Shown one piece after another: positions 1-11,200 of a stretch of DNA of 64,000 nt. The number at the start of each line of letters is the position of its first letter. Within the stretch, counting starts at the first letter, position 1. The notes under the pieces were generated by a model. The model ran no database searches. It was not told the DNA's origin and saw only the letters and a program-made list of their open reading frames with translations. The DNA comes from Macrostomum lignano (taxonomy: Eukaryota). The DNA lies in the NCBI GenBank assembly GCA_002269645.1, contig NIVC01000031.1, positions 992,001-1,056,000 on the forward strand, in the 5' to 3' direction. A program made the translations under genes and the position numbers.

Positions 1-2590
1 AACATGAGACTCTTCTGTCTAACATGAGACTCTTCTGTCTAACATGAGACTACAGTGTCTAACATGAGACTCTTCTGTCTAACATGAGACTACAGTGTCT
101 AACATGAGACTCTTCTGTCTAACATGAGACTCTTCTGTCTAACATGAGACTACAGTGTCTAACATGAGACTCTTCTGTCTAACATGAGACTACAGTGTCT
201 AACATGAGACTCTTCTGTCTAACATGAGACTACAGTGTCTAACATGAAACTCTTCTGTCTAACATGAGACTCTTCTGTCTAACATGAGACTCTTCTGTCT
301 AACATGAGACTACAGTGTCTAACATGAGACTCTTCTGTCTAACATGAGACTACAGTGTCTAACATGAGACTCTTCTGTCTAACATGAGACTACAGTGTCT
401 AACATGAAACTCTTCTGTCTAACATGAGACTCTTCTGTCTAACATGAGACTCTTCTGTCTAACATGAGACTACAGTGTCTAACATGAGACTCTTCTGTCT
501 AACATGAGACTACAGTGTCTAACATGAGACTCTTCTGTCTAACATGAGACTACAGTGTCTAACATGAAACTCTTCTGTCTAACATGAGACTCTTCTGTCT
601 AACATGAGACTCTTCTGTCTAACATGAGACTACAGTGTCTAACATGAGACTCTTCTGTCTAACATGAGACTACAGTGTCTAACATGAGACTCTTCTGTCT
701 AACATGAGACTACAGTGTCTAACATGAAACTCTTCTGTCTAACATGAGACTCTTCTGTCTAACATGAGACTCTTCTGTCTAACATGAGACTACAGTGTCT
801 AACATGAGACTCTTCTGTCTAACATGAGACTACAGTGTCTAACATGAGACTCTTCTGTCTAACATGAGACTACAGTGTCTAACATGAGACTCTTCTGTCT
901 AACATGAGACTACAGTGTCTAACATGAGACTCTTCTGTCTAACATGAGACTACAGTGTCTAACATGAGACTCTTCTGTCTAACATGAGACTACAGTGTCT
1001 AACATGAAACTCTTCTGTCTAACATGAGACTACAGTGTCTAACATGAGACTCCAGTGTCTAACATGAGACTCTTCTGTCTAACATGAGACTCTTCTGTCT
1101 AACATGAGACTCTTCTTTCTAACATGAGACTCTTCTGTCTAGCATGAGACTCTTCTGTCTAACATGAGACTCTTCTGTCTAGCATGAGACTCTTCTGTCT
1201 AACATGAGACTCTTCTGTCTAACATGAGACTACAGTGTCTAACATGAGACTCCAGTGTCTAGCATGAGACTACAGTGTCTAACATGAGACTCTTCTGTCT
1301 AACATGAGACTCTTCTGTCTAACATGAGACTCTTCTGTCTAACATGAGACTCCAGTGTCTAACATGAGACTCCAGTGTCTAACATGAGACTCCAGTGTCT
1401 AACATGAGACATCTTTGTCTAACATGAGACTCTTCTGTCTAACATGAGACTCCAGTGTCTAACATGAGACTCTTCTGTCTAACATGAGACTCCAGTGTCT
1501 AACATGAGACTCTTCTGTCTAACATGAGACTCCAGTGTCTAACATGAGACTCCAGTGTCTAACATGAGACTCTTCTGTCTAACATGAGACTCTTCTGTCT
1601 AACATGAGACTCTTCTGTCTAACATGAGACTCTTCTGTCTAACATGAGACTCTTCTGTCTAACATGAGACTCTTCTGTCTAACATGAGACTCTTCTGTCT
1701 AACATGAGACTCTTCTGTCTAACATGAGACTCCAGTGTCTAACATGAGACTCTTCTGTCTAACATGAGACTCTTCTGTCTAACATGAGACTCCAGTGTCT
1801 AACATGAGACTCCAGTGTCTAGCATGAGACTCTTCTGTCTAACATGAGACTCTTCTGTCTAACATGAGACTCTTCTGTCTAACATGAGACTCATCTGTCT
1901 AATATGAGACTACGTGTCTAACATGAGACTCCAGTGTCTAACATGAGACTCCAGTGTCTAACATGAGACTCCGGTGTCTAACATGAGACTACAGTGTCTA
2001 ACATGAGACTCTTCTGTCTAACATGAGACTCTTCTGTCTAACATGAGACTCATCTGTCTAACATGAGACTACAGTGTCTAACATGAGACTCTTCTGTCTA
2101 ACATGAGACTCCAGTGTCTAACATGAGACTACAGTGTCTAACATGAGACTCCAGTGTCTAACATGAGACTCCGGTGTCTAACATGAGACTCTTCTGTCTA
2201 ACATGAGACTACAGTGTCTAACATGAGACTCTTCTGTCTAACATGAGACTCTTCTGTCTAACATGAGACTTCTGTCTAACATGAGACTCTTCTGTCTAGC
2301 ATGAGACTCTTCTGTCTAACATGAGACTCTTCTGTCTAACATGAGACTACAGTGTCTAACATGAGACTCTTCTGTCTAACATGAGACTTCTGTCTAACAT
2401 GAGACTCTTCTGTCTAGCATGAGACTCTTCTGTCTAACATGAGACTCTTCTGTCTAACATGAGACTTCTGTCTAACATGAGACTCTTCTGTCTAGCATGA
2501 GACTCTTCTGTCTAACATGAGACTAGTGTCTAACAGTAGACTCCAGTGTCTATCAGGAGACTCCAGTGTTTAACTTGAGACTCCAGTGGA
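1..2590. repeat. 20-bp minisatellite (AACATGAGAC-hexamer-GTCT; hexamer TCTTCT/TACAGT/TCCAGT), ~129 units, runs off the window start
   Basis: Directly visible 20-bp period; the AACATGAAAC variant recurs at 241, 401, 561, 721 (160-bp higher-order period); decays at 2520-2590. Confidence 0.98.
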
Positions 2591-3189
2591 ACTCATTATA
2601 AACAGTTTCAGAAACAATCGCGACTGGATTGCTGTGGCTTAAATGCAGAAATTTCCATCTACATGTGAAATCCCATCAATCCATTGGGTCAGAGAGCCGG
2701 TCAGGGTGGGCCTCTGTGACGTGCGGACGCTCGGCAGAAAGGTTTTTCCGGGCAGTGTACGACTATGGCCACGGGATAAAAAAACTGCTTTTCTCATTTA
2801 GTGGGAGTGGAGACAGGAATTTAGCAACTGGTGAAGGGGATCCGCGAGCGATTCTCATTCCAGCGCTTGCAGATGCAGTACCGCCACCACCACATGGGCT
2901 GATTGGTCTGGCGGTGGTTTTGTGTTACAGTTTTTACGATGCGTTGACGTAGTTTCCATGTTTTTCTTTTAGGACAGTAATAACGAAGGAATGAAGCTTA
3001 TACCCCTTTCGAAGTGGTAAACTTATCCAAACTGAAATTTCGACCAGAAATGAGCTATTAATAGCGTTGATATCGTTAATACTTGAAGTGTCTCTTTTTA
3101 GTCAAGACTGTAAGTCCTGTGATGAAGATCAAGATGGCCTTGTACCGTAACACGCTTGTCTGTGATGACTTTTTTAGATTAGACTCCCC

Positions 3190-3400
3190 TGAGCGGTGTG
3201 CTTTCACAAGGTCGAAATTTCACAACGTCGAAAACTTAAATGGCAGACACTTTCACAAGGTCGAAACTTCACAAGGTGGAAATTTCACAACACCGAAAAC
3301 TTTAGCAAGAGACTTCCTAAGGTCGAAATTTCGCAACGTCGAAAACTTAATATAACAAGAACTATGCAGTAGTTTTCTAAGTTGTGAAATTTCGATCTTG
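3190..3400. repeat. Cluster of short TTTCACAA(G/C)GTCGAAA motifs
   Basis: About 7 imperfect copies, including a ~110-bp-spaced duplication of GTCGAAATTTCACAACGTCGAAAACTTAA. Confidence 0.7.
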
Positions 3401-3419
3401 TGAACCCCCCCCCCTTGAG

Positions 3420-3675
3420 CAGGCACACAAGCGCGCGGATACGTACGCAGTCATACGCACAGGCACACACTCACACAGGAGTGTACAGCGGCCCTAACTT
3501 TATTTATCGTTCGGCATGTACACTTTACTGTGCCTTGGGGGTTGGCCTTCAAGGCCGTTAATTTCACGAGCAGAGCCAAGCCGAGATTCCAATTTTGCTC
3601 CAAATTAATGTGACTGAACTTGGAATCGAGCCTGGGCCGCTGGCGCATCAGAGCGCCGCGGGAAGCACAACGCTC
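3420..3675 (-). mobile_element. tRNA-derived SINE family A, copy 1 (5'-truncated head)
   Basis: Reverse complement shares CCAGCGGCCCAGGCTCGATTCCAAG..CAGTCACATTAATTTGG and GATAAATAAAGTTAGGGCCGCTGTACACTCCTGTGTG with the copy at 20073, and the head/body with the copy at 57579. Confidence 0.85.
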
Positions 3676-3968
3676 TTAGTTGCCTTTCTTAATAGTTCCA
3701 TTTGCTTGAGTTCCGGTTTTCTCAATTCTACTTTATATACTTCTATTTGTCTAAGTGATGAAGCTGAATGAATGAAGGAGCATGAGACTCCAAAGGTCAA
3801 CTTCTTGACCAATTATTAAATGGTAAAAAGTACATGTTAAGCTTTATTTTGCTGGCCTTCCAATTCACTCAGTGTTTCGTAAACATTGAAGTAGAAATTG
3901 AGACTAAATTTCGACCAAAGAGGAGACGACCAAATATTTTTCATCTTGCATTAACGATTCGTTTAATG

Positions 3969-5096
3969 CAGTCGGGGGTTGCAAAAAATTTTAACGTCAA
4001 GAGCCAGATGAAGAATCTAGCTGATGGCTGCGACCGAGATAAGAGAGCAAATGAGAGAGAAGAGAGAAGAGAGGAGATGTGAGACAGGAGATGAGATAAG
4101 ATATGAGATGAGAGAACAGAGATAAAAGATAAGAACGAGGAGAGAATAGAGGAGAGTGGAGGAAGGAGAAAAGAGGAGAGAGGAGAGAGGAGATTAGAGA
4201 GGAGAGAGGAGAGGAGATTAGAGAGAAGAGTACTCGTAGAGAGGAGAGAGAAGAGGAGATTAGAGAGAAGAGTTCTGTAGAGAGGAGAGAGGAGGAGATT
4301 AGAGAGAAGAGTACTCATAGAGAGGAGAGAGAAGAGGAGATTAGAGAGAAGAGTACTCGTAGAGAGGAGAAAGAAGAGGAGATTAGAGAGAAGAGTACTC
4401 GTAGAGGGGAGAGAGAAGAGGAGATTAGAGAGAAGAGTACTCGTAGAGAGGAGAGAGAAGAGGAGATTAGAGAGAAGAGTACTCGTAAAGAGAAGAGAGG
4501 AGATTAGAGAGAAGAGTACTCGTAAAGAGAAGAGAGGAGATTAGAGAGAAGAGTACTTGTAGAGAGGAGAGAGGAGATGAGATTGGAGAGAAGAATACTC
4601 GTAGAAGAGAGAGGAGAGGAGATTAGAAAGAAAAGTACTCATAGAGGAGAGAGAAGAGGAGATTAGAGAGAAGAGTACTCGTAGAGAGGAGAGAGGAGAG
4701 AGGAGATTAGAGAGAAAAGTACTCATAGAGGAGAGAGAAGAGGAGATTAGAGAGAAGAGTACTCGTAGAGAGGAGAGAGGAGAGAGGAGATTAGAGAGAA
4801 GAGTACTCGTAGAGAGGAGAGAGGAGATTAGAGAGAAGAGTACTCGTAGAGAGGAGAGAGGAGATTAGAGAGAAAAGTACTCGTAGAGGAGAGAGAAGAG
4901 GAGATTAGAGAGAAAAGTACTCGTAGAGGAGAGAGAAGAGGAGATTAGAGAGAAAAGTACTCGTAAAGAGGAGGGAGGAGAGAGAGAGAAGGGAGAGGAG
5001 AGAGCAGGCCGGATTGCTATTGTGAATTTTCGAAGGACTCAATGGCCGGATAGGGGGGCTTCGCTGGCCCGCGGGCCAGTGTTTTTCGACCTCTCG
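3969..5096. mobile_element. hAT/Charlie-like MITE with an internally expanded GA-rich satellite
   Basis: Left end (CAG..GCAAA..TTTTA..TCAAGAGCCA) aligns with 44528-44590; right end (GGATTGCTATTGTGAATTTTC..GGCCGGATAG..GGCCCGCGGGCCAGTGTTTTTCGACC) aligns with 20845-20922. CAGGG-TCGGCAAA termini and GGCCCGCGGGCC are typical of MER58-like hAT MITEs. No TSD confirmed. Confidence 0.65.
4060..5005. repeat. Purine-rich ~30-40 bp satellite (GAGGAGATTAGAGAGAAGAGTACTCGTAGA)
   Basis: Directly visible tandem units containing the GAGTACTC palindrome. Confidence 0.95.
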
Positions 5097-5200
5097 TATA
5101 ACTACTAGCGCTACATTCTACTTAGCACCAGTAGCATATATAGTAAAACTCTTAGCAAATTTTTCCCAGCGTAATGATGGTTTTCTATTTCAAATTCTAG

Positions 5201-8200
5201 AATATCTAATTGGATCATCGAAGTCGCGTAACAGACTGGGCGTGAACCAGCAGCTGAGGAACGGGTAAGTGCTGCTAGACTGCAAACATACTCGGGCTGA
5301 AAACTGGGACAGGACGCGAAAAGTGGGAGACTGTAAAACTCTAATGAGTGGCGTGAAAACAGGCTTAAGACTGTTCAATTGCAGTGTAAAATATGCAAGC
5401 GTGGGTCTGCATTCATTTTGTTCGGAGTGCACGCGGTTTTCCAATTTTTTGCGAACTTGTTTTTTGTAGAAATTCTATACTTTCTATTCTATACGTTCCA
5501 CTGCTGCTATTGAGGTTTAATAAGCATTATTTATATTTGTGCTGACAGGGTGACTTTGTCAGTTATGAGACTCGTCTATCCAACACGATACTCTTCTATC
5601 CACCACGAGACTCTTCTATCCAACAAGAGACTCTTCTATCCAACAGGAGACTCTTCTATCCAACACGAGACTCTTCTATCCAACACGAGACTCTTCTATC
5701 CAACAGGAGACTCTTCTATCCAACAGGAGACTCTTCTATCCAACACGAAACTCTTCTATCTAACAGGAGACTCTTCTATTCAACACAAGACTCTTCTATC
5801 TGACAGGAGACTCTTCTATCCAACACGAGACTCTTCTATCCAACACGAGACTCTTCTATCCAACACGAGACTCTTCTATCTGACAGGAGACTCTTCTATC
5901 CAACAGGAGACTCTTCTATCCAACACGAAACTCGTCTATCCAACACGAGACTTTTCTATCCAACACGAGACTCTTCTATCCAACACGAGACTCTTCTATC
6001 CAACACGAGACTCTTCTATCCAACACGAGACTCTTCTATCCAACACGAGACTCTTCTATCCAACAGGAGACTCTTCTAGCCAACACAAAACTCTAAGATG
6101 AGACTCCAGTGTCTAAGATGAGACTCCAGTGTCTAAGATGAGACTCCAGTGTCTAAGATGAGACTCCAGTGTCTAAGATGAGACTCCAGTGTCTAAGATG
6201 AGACTCCAGTGTCTAGGATGAGACTCCAGTGTCTAAGATGAGACTCCAGTGTCTAAGATGAGACTCCAGTGTCTAAGATGAGACTCCAGTGTCTAAGATG
6301 AGACTCCAGTGTCTAAGATGAGACTCCAGTGTCTAAGATGAGACTCAGTGTCTAAGATTAGACTCCAGTGTCTAAGATGAGACTCCAGTGTCTAAGATGA
6401 GACTCCAGTGTCTAAGATGAGACTCCAGTGTCTAAGATGAGACTCCAGTGTCTAAGATGAGACTCCAGTGTCTAAGATGAGACTCCAATGTCTAAGATGA
6501 GACTCCAGTGTCTAAGATGAGACTCCAGTGTCTAAGATGAGACTCCAGTGTCTAAGATGAGACTCCAGTGTCTAAGATGAGACTCCAGTGTCTAGGATAG
6601 ACTCCAGTGTCTAGGATGAGACTCCAGTGTCTAAGATGAGACTCCAGTGTCTAAGATGAGACTCCAGTGTCTAAGATGAGACTCCAGTGTCTAAGATGAG
6701 ACTCCAGTGTCTAAGATGAGACTCCAGTGTCTAAGATGAGACTCCAGTGTCTAAGATGAGACTCCAGTGTCTAAGATGAGACTCCAGTGTCTAAGATGAG
6801 ACTCCAGTGTCTAAGATGAGACTCCAGTGTCTAAGATGAGACTCCAGTGTCTAAGATGAGACTCCAGTGTCTAAGATGAGACTCCAGTGTCTAAGATGAG
6901 ACTCCAGTGTCTAAGATGAGACTCCAGTGTCTAAGATGAGACTCCAGTGTCTAAGATGAGACTCCAGTGTCTAAGATGAGACTCCAGTGTCTAAGATGAG
7001 ACTCCAGTGTCTAACATAAGACATTATCTAGGAAAAATTTCTATAAAAATGTTAAAGCATCGAAACATTTCCAACAGAATGTTAATTTATGCGCAGTAGA
7101 TTTTCTTGACCTCACGATTCAGTAGAGGATGGAGCCGTGAACTCAAGGCTTAAGCTATAGACTCAAACTGCATGAGCACTGCATGCATCTCAACAGCTGC
7201 TCAAACCGGATTCCAATAAATCGAACCCTGTTGATCTAATCTGTTGGCCTTGAACCCAGCCTGCTGGCTCTGCTTCATTTCTCTCTCTTGCATGCTTGTT
7301 CTCCATTTTCGTTCTTTGCGTCCATCTTGTTTGGGCTGTTAAGACTCTGACACACCCTACGGCTACAGGCCTCGCCATCAGTCTTCAATGATTGCCTTGT
7401 CATCGCCTGTTCCTCTGCGGGGCTCTCCTCTAGGAGGAGACGTTTCTGGCCCTTGCCAGAGCTGCCGGCATAGCGCTGGGCGGAGTATTGTCAGAGATAA
7501 GCACAGGAAATGCATGGATGGGATGAAATGCGAGACAGACAGGCGGGATGATGGTGAGATACTGGGCCAAGCATTCAGCATTTATCGGCCAACATTGACT
7601 TGCGGCTTGGCTTGGCCTGCGGCCAGTGCTAGAAAGCAGAAACTGTGTCAGAAATTAGAAAGCACAACTCATGCCTTTGTACAATTCGTTTGTTCTATGT
7701 GGGTCAGATACTCCAACTTATAGGTTGAAAAAAGCTCAGATAGATAAACATATTTCCGTGATCCAGCTAAGACTATATCGGGTTAAAGCTTATTTTCCTA
7801 GCAAATATGACACTCAACGGATCTGTTTAGCGGTTTGCCTGCAGTCTGCAGATGGTGTGAAAGACCCGGAGAAGATCTTACTGGCAATATCCTCTAGGCC
7901 TGCTAGATCCTCATTGGTTGAGAACCCTCGGGGACACGTAATGAGGCTTCAACTCCCATATATGGGGACGAAACCGAGGTTTTGAGTAGGATATTTGAGC
8001 ACTCTCCCGCAGCTCATTCTCCGTTGCTGGCTAAAAATTCATTCTCCAACTATTTGCATAGCTATCCACATCATTTCCTCCCCTGAACTACAGTTGGTAA
8101 AATTCTTCATCATCTGCTATTCTCTCTCCCAACACATTTTTTTCATCTGTACTCGTCCCATCAGTTCCCAAAGCTGACATGTCCAGGACTGTCGGCAGCA

Positions 8201-11200
8201 GCAGCAGCAACACGGTTGCAAACAAAAGGAAGCCGTGTAATTGCGTTTGCAATAGTAGAAAATGTCACCAGGCTCGCTTGCTGGGTGGCGCCATAGACAG
8301 CAGGACTCGGTGAGCATCATTGCTACTCAGGTTGTAACTCAGCTCTTGTTGAAGGATGTAGTTAAGGACTTCTTAATCCAGTGATAAAGTTACTGAAAAG
8401 TCTTTGGTTGTAGGTTGTAGTCAGTAAAATTCTATGGTGCTTAAACTGAGGATTCTATGGCGCCTAAACTGAGGATTCTATGGCGCTTAAACTGAGGATT
8501 CTATGGCGCTTAAACTGAGGATTCTATGGCGCTTAAACTGAGGATTCTATGGCGCTTAAACTGAGGATTCTATGGTGCTTAAACTGAGGATTCTATGGTG
8601 CTTAAACTGAGGATTCTATGGCGCTTAAACTGAGGATTCTATGGTGCTTAAACTGAGGATTCTATGGCGCCTTAACTGAGGATTCTATGGTGCTTAAACT
8701 GAGGATTCTATGGTGCTTAAACTGAGGATTCTATGGCGCTTAAACTGAGGATTCTATGGCGCTTAAACTGAGGATTCTATGGCGCTTAAACTGAGGATTC
8801 TATGGCGCTTAAACTGAGGATTCTATGGTGCTTAAACTGAGGATTCTATGGTGCTTAAACTGAGGATTCTATGGCGCTTAAACTGAGGATTCTATGGTGC
8901 TTAAACTGAGGATTCTATGGCGCCTTAACTGAGGATTCTATGGTGCTTAAACTGAGGATTCTATGGTGCTTAAACTGAGGATTCTATGGCGCTTAAACTG
9001 AGGATTCTATGGCGCTTAAACTGAGGATTCTATGGCGCTTAAACTGAGGATTCTATGGCGCTTAAACTGAGGATTCTATGGTGCTTAAACTGAGGATTCT
9101 ATGGTGCTTAAACTGAGGATTCTATGGCGCTTAAACTGAGGATTCTATGGTGCTTAAACTGAGGATTCTATGGCGCCTTAACTGAGGATTCTATGGTGCT
9201 TAAACTGAGGATTCTATGGTGCTTAAACTGAGGATTCTATGGTGCTTAAACTGAGGATTCTATGGCGCCTAAACTGAGGATTCTATGGCGCTTAAACTGA
9301 GGATTCTATGGTGCTTAAACTGAGGATTCTATGGTGCTTAAACTGAGGATTCTATGGTGCTTAAACTGAGGATTCTATGGCGCTTAAACTGAGGATTCTA
9401 TGGCGCCTAAACTGAGGATTCTATGGTGCTTAAACTGAGGATTCTATGGCGCTTAAACTGAGAATTCTATGGCTCTAAAACTGAGGATTCTATGGCTCCT
9501 AAACTGAGGACTCTATGGCGCTTAAACTGAGGATTCTATGGTGCTTAAACTGAGGATTCTATGGTGCTTAAACTGAGGATTCTATGGTGCCTAAACTGAG
9601 GATTCTATGGCTCTAAAACTGAGGATTCTATGGCGCCTAAACTGAGGATTCTATGGTGCTTAAACTGAGGATTCTATGGTGCTTAAACTGAGGATTCTAT
9701 GGTGCTTAAACTGAGGATTCTATGGTGCTTAAACTGAGGATTCTATGGTGCTTTAACTGAGGATTCTATGGCGCTTAAACTGAGGATTCTATGGCGCCTA
9801 AACTGAGGATTCTATGGTGCTTAAACTGAGGATTCTATGGCGCTTAAACTGAGAATTCTATGGCTCTAAAACTGAGGATTCTATGGCTCCTAAACTGAGG
9901 ACTCTATGGCGCTTAAACTGAGGATTCTATGGTGCTTAAACTGAGGATTCTATGGTGCTTAAACTGAGGATTCTATGGTGCCTAAACTGAGGATTCTATG
10001 GCTCTAAAACTGAGGATTCTATGGCGCCTAAACTGAGGATTCTATGGCTCTAAAACTGAGGATTCTATGGCGCCTAAACTGAGGATTCTATGGTGCTTAA
10101 ACTGAGGATTCTATGGTGCTTAAACTGAGGATTCTATGGTGCTTAAACTGAGGATTCTATGGTGCTTAAACTGAGGATTCTATGGTGCTTAAACTGAGGA
10201 TTCTATGGCGCTTAAACTGAGGATTCTATGGTGCTTAAACTGAGGATTCTATGGTGCTTAAACTGAGGATTCTATGGTGCTTAAACTGAGGATTCTATGG
10301 TGCTTAAACTGAGGATTCTATGGCTCTAAAACTGAGGATTCTATGGCGCTTAAACTGAGGATTCTATGGTGCTTAAACTGAGGATTCTATGGTGCTTAAA
10401 CTGAGGACTCTATGGCGCTTAAACTGAGGATTCTATGGCGCTTAAACTGAGGACTCTATGGCGCCTAAACTGAGGACAAGACTATCTTCAGAGGGATTAG
10501 AACTAGAACTTTCACTATTCCCAACTAAGGTTAGCATACATACCTCATCCAGTGCCCACTTGCTCATTCATAGCCAATCGGATTGTAGCAAATACTTCTG
10601 ATTGACAGCTCACATTTATGCTTGCTTTTTGCTCTAGAATTTCACCCTTCCTGTGGTGTCATGAGCGCATGTGCAACGATGGGGGCTGGGGAGGCGTTAA
10701 AGAAATTGACTATGAATAGAATTTTCCCAACTCTGCAGAATGAGAATTTTTTGCTTACGGGCAAGGAAGACAGGGTTAACTTGGCAGATGAGGAATAGCA
10801 ACCAGTGAAACACTTCAACCAGAGCAAACTTACTCGCTTCTAGAGATCAATACATTTCCAGTTGGCTACTGGAAGACGGACTTGGCAGAACTCTTTCTGC
10901 CTTGCAGAAGCTCTGTAAGACTGCTTTTTTTCTCGTGTGGCAACTTGTAGCTCTTGTGTAATGAAGGTTAATTGAGTACAGTAGATGGAGCAGTTGGTTG
11001 GCGAACATTCAGCTTATTGCAGTAGAAAGATTTGAGATTATAATGAGATGGGGTTTAAGAGATCGAAATGAGATAGAGATGAGAGATTAATATGAGATGG
11101 AGATAAGAGACTGATATGAGATCGAGATTGGAGACTGATATGAGATCGAGATTGGAGACTGATATGAGATGGAGATGAGAGATTAATATGAGATGGAGAT

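Noticed and set aside
2629-2952. 107-aa ORF; fragments VRVGLCDVRTL and LLFSFSG..ATGEG faintly resemble a LINE APE endonuclease start; LDCCGLN resembles a tetraspanin motif; FRAVYDY an SH3 start
   Set aside because: Each match is a few residues in different frames with no supporting neighbouring motifs or splice-phase fit; not accepted as Caskin exon 1 or any gene.
8179-8309. ATG-initiated open stretch ending at a phase-2 GTGAGC donor that could join exon 14922
   Set aside because: Exon 5201-5264 fits the Caskin ankyrin consensus (GVN..NG|MSALH) much better; this stretch has no homology support.
1-10478. CRISPR-like appearance of regular 20-23 bp repeats
   Set aside because: No unique spacers, no cas genes, eukaryotic intron context.
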